From: Leucoraja ocellata
Lineage: Eukaryota
Assembly: GCA_036785375.1 (NCBI GenBank)
Contig: JAWMAR010000531.1
Location: 1,054,001-1,118,000 of the forward strand
Length of the DNA stretch: 64,000 nt
Reading direction: 5' to 3'
The first letter of the stretch is position 1, and each line of letters opens with the position of its first letter. The position numbers and the translations under genes are program-made. Positions 1-11,040 of this stretch are shown piece by piece. The notes under the pieces are model-generated. The model made no database searches. It saw only the letters and a list, made by a program, of their open reading frames with translations, and was not told the DNA's origin.

Positions 1-508
1 GTACGGTCAAAGTAGACAATGTACATCGTTGCATCCGTGCACCAAAGTCACAGCTCAAAACTATGGTGTAATGTTGAAACTGATGTTTTTGTGAAGTGAG
101 AGTAAAAGCAATGGTCCAAGTGCAGAAAAATAGGATTAATGTAGATGAGTACTTGAGAGTCGGCATGGACTTGATAGCCTCCGCGGGGCCTGTTCGCCTT
201 CGACAAGGACAAAATGACAAAAACCTCAGATCCGCAATCTGCAATGATGTCTCGTCCAATATGCGAATCGTCAGAGTAAGAAAATCTATCTTATGACCGC
301 ACATTTGCTGAATAAACTCGTGTGGACCCTATCTTCCACAACAGCACCATGGGAATAGATGCATATATGAATGGAAAATAAAACAGTAATGCTCTATATT
401 CCTTATTATGTTTTATGTTTTAAAAATGTATCGAAGTAACCAAGAAATAGAGAATTCGAAGCCTATTCCGGTTCCAATAGGTCACAGGGAAAACCATTGA
501 CATTTCTG

Positions 509-575
509 ATTGGTTACAAGCAGCAATATCATTTGCATTAATCAGGTGACACCTCACCGCACTATTCAAAAGCGA
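509..575 (+). promoter_or_regulatory. IgL cluster 1 promoter: reverse CCAAT (ATTGG 509-513), perfect octamer ATTTGCAT (531-538), E-box CAGGTG (543-548), TATA-like TTCAAAA (565-571)
   Basis: Motifs read directly 70-135 nt upstream of the leader ATG; the octamer is the canonical Ig V promoter element. Confidence 0.75.
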
Positions 576-642
576 GACGAAAAATAAGTTAGAAGCCACT
601 GGGAAACTGTTGCCTTGCCTGGACTCCAGTCAGTAAAATACA

Positions 643-691
643 ATGACTTACTGCATCCGACTACTCTGTGCGCTGGCTCTTTGCGCGACTT
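643..691 (+). CDS. IgL cluster 1 exon 1, leader (MTYCIRLLCALALCAT)
   Basis: ATG at 643, hydrophobic 16 codons + 1 nt, donor GTGAGT at 692, phase 1 matches the next exon. Confidence 0.85.
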
Positions 692-807
692 GTGAGTTCC
701 TTTGTTCATCAACATTAGATTTATCCTCGAGTACACTTCTCAGCTGGAGGTTTCTCTCGTGTTTTAATTCCAAATGATTGTTATCACTGTGCTCTTTATT
801 TTCCCAG

Positions 808-1155
808 ATTTACGCGCAGAAATTACAGTAAGCCAGCCGCTTTCGATGTCCATCACTCCGGGGCAGAACTTAGAACTAACCTGCACCATGTCTGGCGCTA
901 CTTTAGGGAACGACAATGTATACTGGTATCAGCAGATTCCTGGACGTACTCCGCGGCTTTTAGTCTATTATTGGTCCAGCAAGAGCACTCCTGGTCGAGG
1001 TCCGGGAGTTTCAGAGAGGTTTTCCGGGTCAGTGTCAGGCAACACGGGGACTTTCACAATATCTAACGTTCAATCAGACGACGCTGCCGATTATTACTGC
1101 GCTATGTGGAAAAACTTTTTAAGATTTGCAAAAGGAACACGAGTGGATGTTGGCA
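808..1155 (+). CDS. IgL cluster 1 exon 2, germline-joined VJ (lambda/type II-like)
   Basis: Acceptor TTTTCCCAG; Ig V hallmarks (Cys, WYQQ, DxADYYC) run in frame into J-like FAKGTRVDV; donor GTAAGT at 1156; no RSS or intervening DNA. Confidence 0.93.
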
Positions 1156-2589
1156 GTAAGTAAAATATTTATTTCTAACGTTCTGTAAGTCCTTATTAAC
1201 AATAATTAATTGCGTTATCTATCAATCAGGTGAGAATATCCATGATTATCCTTCATATGTTTAATCGTGTACTTCTATTGTAAGCTCCCACCCCTCCTTA
1301 CCCCCCCCCCCCCCCCCCCTCCATTCCTCTCGACATCGCCACTGGCCCTCTGCGAGGTTTTGCGACTCTTTTGCACAGACAGTTAGCACCCAGACGATCT
1401 GTGGTTGCGTCTGAATCAACCCTTATTCTGTTCAACTTGTACTGTATTCTGTCCCGATGCAAAACTCACAGTGGTCCTGAGATAGATTGCATTAGCTATT
1501 AGTAGATACCATGCCGTCATGCGTGTCATATGTTGAACCGAGTTTATTTTCAGCATTTGCTCGAACACATTCAATCGAACAAAGCCCAGTTGCACCATTT
1601 ATTATTGGATTGACATTGCCGAACACACATAATTATTTTACCTACTTACGGAGACCATGCGCCCCAGTCTAAATTGATGATTTTACAAGGGCTCCGTGAA
1701 GCCATTCACATTATACGGGTTGTAGTCACCATCACTCCGTCCCACCATTGTCCCAGATTACTAGCTGGTCGTGCATTTCAAAAACCCAATTGGAATGGAA
1801 ACTGACTGCTGTGGACGACCCTGTAACATAGCTATTCACCCACTAGTCAATCTGCACATTGAGAGGAAACATTTGATTGAAGGAAGCGAACTGCTGAAGC
1901 TGACCCGACAATCGAGTGCTCGCTTTCACACAATTAAAATTCATCATTTGTGGAAAGCGGAACAAGGATATTGTTTCAGCCCCACGACACTACATAGCCA
2001 GCCTGTTTTGTTAACTGTTTTCTCTCCCCTGAAGCTGTCTATTTTGTTGGGTAACCCCAGCGTTTTCAGTTTTTATATCTGATTTCTAGTATATACAGGG
2101 GGTTCTTTGTTGATCAGAAAGGATTTTACTCAGCTACGACCGACTATTGAAAGTTTTTTTCTCAAATATCTGAAATTTAAGGTTTAATCTGAACCATCTA
2201 TTCTCTCTGTGAGCTATGAAAAAATCATTGCATCGCGTTAGTCATTTAAAACATCAACTGTTTATTTTAGCTTCAATGTTTTTTCAAATCTTCGGCCAGG
2301 TAAAGGATCTGGTGGTCTTCTAACATGAAAACTTTAAAGAGCAAAAAAACCTTGCAATTGTGATCATGCGCATCTGCAAACGTGAAATATGTTGCGTTGT
2401 TAATAGCAGTCCGGTATTATATCTGGTTGATGGAGTGCAGCCCGAACTGTTTCCATATTCAGACAATGAAAGGAGCAGTTCCCTTTCAAACATGTCAGAT
2501 TGGTTAGGATGGAACAACACGGCGAGAGTTGAATGGGTTTAAATATAACTAAGATTATAGTTTAAACTGTGTACAGCACTGCACAGACC

Positions 2590-2750
2590 ACTGGTATAAC
2601 CCGGTGCAGAAGGCTACCTCACAGCTCCAGCGTTCAATCCCCTCCTAGGGTACTGTCTGTTGGGTTTGCAAGTTATTTCGTCAAAACATCAATGTCCTTG
2701 CACTGCTCCAAGACATGCTGTTGGGCTAATTGACTACTCTATGTAATTTC
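2590..2750 (+). mobile_element. Decayed HE1/V-SINE-like tRNA-derived SINE fragment
   Basis: GCTACCTCACAGCTCCAG...GTTCAATCC...GGGTACTGTCTGT resembles the SINE head and B-box; boundaries approximate. Confidence 0.45.
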
Positions 2751-3092
2751 TTACTGCAGCAAACTGTAGAAAGAAGAGTTGTTCAGATAAGTTGCTAGAC
2801 TGCAGTTAAATAATGGAGAGGAAGAAACTGGTTTATACCGAAGATAGACATGGAATGGAGGGGCAGTATGGAACGGACAGAATTATCTGCTAGGAGTTGG
2901 CACGGAGCTGACCGCCCGTTTTCCTCAAGTGTCCTAATAAATACACAAATCCGCCTTTGCCTAGAGGTCTTTTGCGTGAGAGCTCAAAGGAAATCGAGAT
3001 CAATCCCTTTCTTGTGTCGCGCGATTCAAAAATAATGCAAGACTCTCCTGTTCGGAACTGTGCGAATGAAGCAAAATGAGAATTTATTAGAT

Positions 3093-3166
3093 CGAAGATA
3101 GACACAAGTCACTCCAGCATTTTGTCTATCTTCGGTTTAAACCAGCATCTGCAGTTCCTTCCTACA
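3093..3166 (+). mobile_element. Penelope-associated terminal repeat fragment with a short inverted segment
   Basis: CTCCAGCATTTTGTCTATCTTCGGTTTAAACCAGCATCTGCAGTTCCTTCCTACA is the same repeat seen reversed at ~6123 and ~12861. Confidence 0.6.
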
Positions 3167-3364
3167 TATTACCGAGATTTTATTAAGGTAATGTTTGATT
3201 TATCCAGAAATCCTTATTGTAAATTCTATTTCAGTAGCTAGATACACGATGAGAATTTATTATTTTGAAGCGGTTGGACGTAAAGGCGTTCTGGTTATTA
3301 CATTGACCTTTGATCCAAAAGTAGTGCTTCAATTCTTATTTAACTGCGATCTTTTGTTAATCAG

Positions 3365-3687
3365 ATCCTCGGCCCCCTGCCGCATCCGTTTTACTACCTT
3401 CAGCAGATGAGATGAGAGTAAAGGGCACCGCCACCCTGGTGTGTTTGGTGAGCGGGTTTAATCCTGGTGCTGTGGAAATCCAGTGGACTGTGGACGGCAG
3501 TGCGAGAAGCGACGGCATTGAGACCAGCCGAATCCAGCAGGAGAAGGACAACACGTTCAGTGCGAGCAGTTACCTGACTCTGCCAGCCACAGTCTGGAAC
3601 TCACACGAGTTTTACTCTTGTGTGGTTAAACACGAGACTCAGACAACCCCGCTTCGGGTGGATATCGCGAAATCCAGCTGTATGTGA
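3365..3687 (+). CDS. IgL cluster 1 exon 3, constant region (C1-set)
   Basis: Acceptor TTAATCAG, phase 1; ATLVCLVSGF, W, YSCVVKHE, C-terminal SSCM with interchain Cys; stop TGA. Confidence 0.93.
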
Positions 3688-3962
3688 AATGGAAATGTGT
3701 TAATCGAGAGCGTTTGTTTATCATGATTATTTTCTTTTATTTGATGCAATCTCGAAATGTATTGGTCTCTGGAGTATTACATTTGCTAGATACATTTCTC
3801 AAGTAAAGCTTAATTTCTATGACTTGCTCACTTTAAAACTATTCTGTCGACAAAATACCAGTAGTATTTACAGCCTCCAGTTTAATTAATATGAGTTTAG
3901 TACATCCAAATACTTGGCAAATGCCAATATGTGACCTTAGTGTTGTTTGTAGCCTTTGAGAA

Positions 3963-3968
3963 AATAAA
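3963..3968 (+). terminator. Polyadenylation signal AATAAA, cluster 1
   Basis: AATAAA ~275 nt after the stop, followed by a T-rich tract. Confidence 0.6.
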
Positions 3969-5719
3969 GAAACTAATCTTAAATGCAATGCAATATCCTT
4001 TTTTTCTGATTCAAAATATGTTGACCGGGAATTAGAAAACTTTTGATGTTTCCACCCTTTTATTTTGGAATCGATCTCCTCCCAATGTACAGTGGATGAT
4101 TAATTTGAATCCTGTAATTATATTAAGCCTCGGTTAGTTGGAATGCGATATTGCGTATGACTGTCGGTACCAGGAAATGTGGGAAAGGTAGTTGACGATG
4201 GCAGTCATTAAACACCATCAGTTTGATAGCAGCCCTGCCAACATGTTCTACGTCAACACAGGTGAAGCACTGAATGCACCGAACACTTAGTCTCAGTAGG
4301 AAAAAGAATCACAATCTTATTTTCCCCCCATCGCATTCTCCTATTCGTCCAGAGACTCAAATTCGCACCAAATACCTCCAAAGATGATTTTTGAAATAAG
4401 TATTTCTGCACATTAACGTTTTAACACAATCCATTTATACATTTACAATTAGCCAATGCGACTCAATTCAATTAAAAACACTGGAGATAACTAGTCAATA
4501 AAATTCAATCGATCCAGATAACACTTTTTTTAAATATAGCAGAAGAGATAGAATCCACGGAAGGTACACAGAGTAGGAGCAGTATAATTTGTCAGTGAGT
4601 GGAGGACAGGTCATATAATGGTTGTGCACATCACACTCATTTATTTACAGCGCTGTGGCTATAAGCTCGATTGATCAAAGAAATAGACAACGGCCACCAC
4701 TGTGTCCGGCTAATACGCTATTGTTGCTACACGCACGTTCAAATTAACTTTACATTAATTCGCATGGTGGATAACACCTTTAGGATCGCCTATATTTTCA
4801 TTATGCGGAAGTCCCGTGTTGGGCTTAGGAGGAGGGAAAACAAAAACGATCATCGCCTGTGAGAACCAGGGATATAGTATATTTGTAAAAACAACATTTG
4901 GAAGAATCAAACAGTCATAGAGTTATGCAGCATGAAAACATAGTTCAACCCGTTCATACCATTCAATACACCCATCAAAGCTCCTCCAATTTGCCCGGTT
5001 TCAATCTAGACCTTTTCGGTCTGGATATAATTAATGCAATGAAAGCACTGCCGATGAATCTGTTAGGAGACTATGTACTTGTAATGAAACACGGGATATC
5101 AAAATGACGTCTCCTTTCTCTGAATGGATGTTATAAACGTGGCAGTAACGGAAAGAATTAGCAGAATAGCACGCTGACAGAAAATAATGACTAGAAATTG
5201 GCACAACATATCTTCCACTTAATGTGAAAAGACAATGTTTCAACTAAAATAACGTGTCGTTTAATTTTCAAAATCGTGCGCGTCTTCGGCAAAACTGGGC
5301 GGCAACTTCCCAATAGTCGTCAAGAAAGGAGTCTCATAGAGTCTCTGACCAGGAGGATCCAGTCACATGCCGTAGGGAGGTAGAGAGTGCTTCGCCACAA
5401 CAACACTTATCCCAATACACAGAGCATTCACATGAATTTACGATTCATCTGGACGAATACAACGTACTATTATTTTTATTTAATTTTGCATGTAGGGGGC
5501 AAATTCAGTGGGGGCAAATCTTAAACAAATCTTTCGATTTGCAGGCTGGTTCGCTCTCCACGTGTAGCTGGTTTTAGCTAAAGGCCAAAGGAGCAAACTG
5601 CGTGATTATCGATGGGAGGGGCGAGGTTTCAACGGTGTATTGCGTTCATTGTGTGGCTCACTAGACAACTGGTTGAAATTTGCTAATTCATCGTGTCAGA
5701 TAGCATCATTGAGGCATAT

Positions 5720-6400
5720 GGAGAAACGACGGGTTGGGTCAGGACCTTACTTCGAACTGATTGTCGTGCGGAGGGGGCGGGGGGGTGGTCTGAAAGAAAC
5801 GTGGGGGTGGTGCTGCAAAGCTAGGTAAGTGATAGATGTATGCATATGAAATACTTTGAACGGCAGCTAGTTGGGCACATGTTAGGGACGAATACAGACA
5901 GACGGCTGTGAGATAATAAGGAAATAGGCGTGAAATGTGGAGCCAGAGGAAGGAATAGCGATGGAAGGGGGCAGGGAAAGAGAAAAGGGAGGCGGGATAG
6001 AGGGAGAAATTAGCGAACATTCAGGTGGAACATAGCAAGGGGTGGGTGGTAGAGGGAGGGGGGTTTGGTGACCTGGGCGGGGAGGGGGGGGGGGGGGGGG
6101 GGAGGGGGGGGATGGGGTTATGTGTCAGGAGCAACTGCCGATGCTGGTTTAAACCGAAGACAATCACAAAAACCTGGAGTAACTCAGCGGTCAGGCAGCA
6201 TCTCTGCAGAAAAATAATAGAGGACGCTTGGGCTCGAGACCTTTCTTCAGACTGACATTCAGGGGAAAGGGGAACTTGTATTTGGATAATTCAATGTTCA
6301 TACAGTTGGGTTGGTAAGCTACCAACGAGAAATGTAAGATGTTCTTCCTCTATTATGCGTATGGCCTCACTGTTGCAATGGATGAGTCTCAGGACTGATG
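5720..6400 (-). mobile_element. Decayed Penelope-like 3' fragments with hammerhead-like terminal repeats
   Basis: Reverse strand has the GIY-YIG C-terminal EEHL.F..GSL motif (~6300-6350) and CAGTCTGAAGAAAGGTCTCGAG (~6235-6256). Confidence 0.55.
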
Positions 6401-6539
6401 GGAAGGCATAGGAATGAGAATGTGACCCATCTCGGCGTACACTCATTTCCCCACTATTCCATGTGCCCCGAAGATGCTGCCTCACCAGCTGAGTTACTGC
6501 ATCACTTACTTTTTTATGCAAACCAGCATGTGCGGTTCA

Positions 6540-6857
6540 ATGCCATCCGTTGCCAACGGGAAGAAGGAACAGGAGCTAGAAATCTGGACCATCCAGGTTC
6601 AGGAACATCTTGTTCCCCACAGCCATCAGGCTATTAAACTCGCCATCAAACAAATTCTGAACAATAGCAGCCTATTACACTGTATCTGTTTATTTATTGT
6701 GTGTATATATATATGGTCTATGGTATATAGACACACTGAACAGGAATCTCCTGTTCCGTATTATGTTTACATATTCTGTTGTGCTGCAGCAAGCAAGAAT
6801 TTCATTGTCCTATCTGGGACACATGACAATAAAACTCTCTTGACTCTTGACTCTTGT
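6540..6857 (+). mobile_element. Rex1/Babar-like LINE 3' end
   Basis: Decayed RFRN..FP.AIRLLN-type C-terminus, AATAAA and (CTCTTGA)n tail. Confidence 0.55.
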
Positions 6858-7011
6858 GTATGTAATTAGATAATACCTGTCACAATCGCTTGCTGCCAGC
6901 AAATAGTGAACCAAAACGTTAAGAATGTGAGGACATCAGAACAGACTAGTGACAGGTCAAAGCCGTCTAAATAGCTATGCAGGCTGGTCAGCACAAGTCC
7001 CGGATATAGCA

Positions 7012-7315
7012 TATGATACGATATGATAGAACTTTATTAATTCCACGAGCGAAAATGATCTGCCAACAGTCATAAAAACACAAAATAAAGTGACGAGTGA
7101 AATTAAAGTGACGAGTGGAAAAGATTGGGGGATGTGTAAAGATCGGGGGGGGGGGGGTAGGGAGGAGGGAGGAGGGAGGAGGGAGGAGGGAGGAGGGAGG
7201 AGGGGGGAGAAAGGAGGGCGGGGAGCCAGTCTCCGTCTACCCCACGACAGAAGGGGGAGGAGTTGAACAGTTTGATAGCCACAGGGAAGAAGAATCCCCT
7301 GTGGCGTTCAGTGGC
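7012..7315 (-). mobile_element. Rex1/Babar-like LINE 3' end containing a purine-rich (GGAGGAG)n tract
   Basis: Minus ORF 7103-7435 contains TERHRGFFFPVAIKLFNSSP; minus-strand AATAAA and short tandem tail at 7012-7040. Confidence 0.55.
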
Positions 7316-7504
7316 GGATAAGTTCGGAACTACATCTAGGACAGTCGTTTTCCGTGTATTCACTTTCGCAACCGTTCTATCCTTACCCCTTTTGTAGTTT
7401 CCACACAGGCCTTTATCCAACCATTTGCTAATCAACCCACCTCGCCTTATCTACATCCACCAATCACTTGCCAGATTTTGTCCCGCCAACAGCCCTCTTC
7501 CAAC

Positions 7505-7635
7505 ATAAAGTGGAGATTGACAGGTTCTTGGAGAATGGAGGTGAGAGGTAAAATAGATCAGCCATGATAGAATAGCGAAGCAGGTTCGATTGACCGAATG
7601 GCCTAATGCTGCTCCTACGTCTTATGGATTTATGA
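7505..7635 (+). mobile_element. CR1 LINE 3' tail nested in a decayed Penelope-derived repeat (~7340-7750)
   Basis: GATCAGCCATGATAGAAT...GAATGGCCTAATGCTGCTCCTAC...TTATGG matches the CR1 3' UTR seen elsewhere in the window. Confidence 0.55.
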
Positions 7636-8789
7636 CCCCCATCCCCTCTACAATCAGAAACCAGAGGAAGGGTCCCGACCCAAAACGTCGCATATGTTCT
7701 CTAGATGTGATGGCCCACCCACTGATATACTTCAGCACTTGTATCTTTTTTGTAAGGATGTATGCCGGTCGTAAGGATTTGGGAATAACCGCGATTCTGC
7801 TTTTGTTCGCACCCATGATTCTGATAAAAGCTTATCTCTGACAATAGCACTAATTTTGTACTAAGCAATGGGATGTACTAGATTCTGTATAAATTTAAAA
7901 ATCATAAACATGCATAAACATTGACGTAAAGTCCTCAAGATTAGTTCTGACATCCAATAACCTGCAAACTATCTAAATTTTCGATGTTAATTAGTCAATT
8001 TCCGACGCCCAAATTTGTTTTATATGGTTCTTAAAAACAGTAATAACCTTAAGCAACATTTTGTAACATTCATTTGGTTTGGTTCTACTTTCCCTGGCGT
8101 ATTATGCACCCTCCTGAAACAATCATCCGCCGCAAACAAACCACCTCGCCTTTTGTGGAGTAGCACTCGGATATCAGAGCTGAAATTCTCAATTATCTTG
8201 AGCCGATGCTTCGATCTTTAGAAATCATGTTCCCTGAATTATTTCCCTCGAAGTTCCTTTTTGTGGAGTAACAAAAATACATAGGTGAAGCATAACTTCG
8301 TCATGTTTGTATCCAGTTCCCATATCGATAAAGGGCACCTTTTTGGTATTTTGATGTATACAATCTACTTGCCAGATCTGTGTCGTCTTAATTTACTATT
8401 GGCTGTCACATCTGGTCTCCTTAAGTACCATCAGCACTGATTTCCGGTCAAATTCGAGCCTTCATTAAAGTCATTTTAATGTATGTAAAAGAGTTGTGGG
8501 CCCACACCCTTACCCGCGACACAACAGTTTGCATTACAAACCAGAACCACACCTGATTATGCCTACTCTCGGTTTTCTGGCAGCTGGTTTTCGATTCACC
8601 ATAGATATCACCTCTGCACTGCGCGCTTTGATTTTTGTTAAACACGTTGTTGCTGCGGCACGTTATCCTAGAAAATCCGAGTGCATGCACCATTATCCTT
8701 ATTTGGACAATGCACATCAATTCTTCAAATAATTCTATTGCATTAGTCAAACGTCACCTTACGCCAAAGTAAAGGACAGCTTGAAGGAC

Positions 8790-10094
8790 TGCATCGGTGC
8801 TACCTTCTGCACCCATGCAAAACCCATGGACTTCATCAACTTCACCACTAGTTTTCATCCTGCACTCAAATTTACTTGGACCATCTCCGGCTACCTCCCT
8901 CCCCTTTCTTGATGTCACAATCTCCATCACAGGAAATAGACTATTGACCGACGTCTATTACAAACCCACAGACTCACACAACCATCTCGACTACACTTCT
9001 TCCCAACCTTCTTCCCGCAAATACTCTATCCCCTACTCCCTATTCCCCCATCTACGCCGCATATACGCCCAATATGAAGTGTTCCATACAAGGACACCCG
9101 AGATGTCCTCGTTGTTTAGAGAACGGGGGGTCCCCTCTTCCATCATAGACGAGGCCCTGACTGGAGTCTCCTCGGTACCCCTCCGCTCCGCCATTGCTCC
9201 CCTCCCAACACAACACTGGAGTCTCCTCGGTACCCATCCGCCATGGCTCCCCTCTAGTCACAGCAGAGACAGAATCCCGCTGGCCCTTACCTTCCACCCC
9301 ATCAGCCGTCGCATACAACACATAATGCTCCGAAATTTCCGCCACCACCAACGGGATCCCTCCACTAGCCACATTTTCCCATCTCTCCGCCTTCCACATA
9401 GAGCGTTCCCTCCGCAACTCCCTGGTTAACTTATCCTTTCCCACCCAAACCACCCTCTCCCCAGATACCTTGCCCTGTAATCGCAGAAGATGCAACACCT
9501 GTCCCTATTCCTCCTCCCTCGTGTCTGTCAAGGGACCCCGACAGTCCTTTCAGGTTGGGCAGAGATTCACTTGCACCTCCTCCAACCTCATCTACTGTAC
9601 CCGTTGTTCAAGATGTGGACTCTTATACATCGGTGAGACCAAATGTAGACTGGGCCATCTTTTCGCAGAACACGTTCACTCAGCCCGCCTGAACCCACCC
9701 GATCTCCCGATTACCGGACACTTTTATTCTCTTTCCCATTTCTACACAGACCTTTCTGGCCTAGGTCTCCTCCATTGTCAGAGTGAGGCTAAACGCAAAT
9801 TGGAGGAACAGCATCTCATATTCCGCTTGGGCAGCTTACAGCCCACTGGTATGAATATTAATGTATCTCCCTTCAGGTAGCCCCGGTATTCCCTATCTCG
9901 CTATCCCTCCCCCCACTCAAGTCGCACTAGCTTCGCGTTTTCACCCCACAAACAGCTAACAATGGCCTGTTTCCTTCACCATCTCTACTTTTTGCATATA
10001 TTTTATTCATTGTTCTTCATCTCTCCACATCATCGTCTATATCTCTCGTGTCCCCAATCCCTAACCAGTCTGAAGAAGGTGTCTCGTCCCGAAA
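8790..10094 (+). mobile_element. Penelope-like retroelement, 5'-truncated and frameshifted (RT C-terminus, GIY-YIG endonuclease, 3' UTR, hammerhead-like motif)
   Basis: LPFLDVTI...TDVYYKPTDSHNHLDYTSS (ORF 8797); CNRRRCNTC, SSNLIYC..C..CGLLYIGET (ORF 9470); CTGAAGA...GAAA at 10070-10094. Confidence 0.88.
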
Positions 10095-10259
10095 TTGCAA
10101 GTCAGTTAATCCAACGTCAGAGGTTGGGAATTTAAAAAGGCTTGCGCATTGATGATCAGCATGTCTTGTTGGTGGAAGATTCTGTCTGACGATGTGAATT
10201 TTCAAACTGGTAATTAACATGTTCATGAAGGCAGTGTCCTTAACGCCGCTTGCCTAAGC

Positions 10260-11040
10260 TACAGTAAAATGCATGACAGGATTACATTTGGTAAATTGGT
10301 GCAAAAGATTGGAGCCCATTGTATTCAAGGCACATTACCAAATTGGATTAAATTGATCTAGGTATTACGATGCAGTAGATAATGGTGGACAATTGCTTTT
10401 GCGAATGGAAGCCTGTGACCAGCTTTGTAAGCAACGATCAGTGAGGGCTATTTGTTATATGAAGTCTATAATTCAGCCGGGCATGTAGGAGGTATGATTA
10501 TTAAGGTGGCACGACAAGCGGTGGTTGATACTGAGAGTGTCAGTCTGCAAAATGATATCGATCATCGGGTAAAATGTGAAAGATAATTACATGTGGAATT
10601 TAATCCTGATTATTATGCGGTGTTGCATATTAGGGTTTTACATAATGGTAGGCCATACACCATGAATGGTCGGGCCCTGGGGCGTTGAAGAACATAGGGT
10701 TCGCAGTCTACGGTTGGAAAGTTCCATGGACATAGCAGTGCACGTATGAAGTGATAAATATGGCGTATGAGGTATTGTCTTCAACAGCACGTGCATCAAA
10801 TATAAGAGATCGGACTTACTTCAACTTTATAAAACATTGGGTTCTGATCAGTGCACTATAGAACGGACGTGACTATACGGGAGGGTTTGCACTAAATTAT
10901 TCACTTGGATGTTGCCTGTGATGGAATGTTTCATTTCCAAGGAAAGACTCGATAGGCCAGCTTCGTTTTCTATGAACTAGTTAAGTTTGTGCGTGAACAT
11001 GATGGTGATATACAAAATTACGAGGAACATAAATAGTGTA
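10260..11040 (+). mobile_element. Old, heavily decayed CR1 LINE RT fragment
   Basis: Nucleotide similarity to the CR1 RT at 61800-62650 (e.g. TGGAAGCCTGTGACCAG, TGGAATTTAATCCTGA, CAACTTTATAAAACATTGG); no ORF. Confidence 0.5.

Noticed and set aside
774-807. ORF-track starts of the V ORFs (774, 13404, 23948, 34202, 55134) and C ORFs (3412, 15734 and paralogs)
   Set aside because: They begin inside introns or at internal Met codons; the true boundaries are the splice sites listed
2817-2832. GAGGAAGAAACTGG as a PU.1-IRF composite element
   Set aside because: Spacing does not fit GGAAnnGAAA, and it overlaps a decayed Penelope terminal repeat
7146-7220. G-rich tandem tract as an Ig switch-like region
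   Set aside because: Short, inside a LINE 3' UTR, and light-chain loci do not class switch
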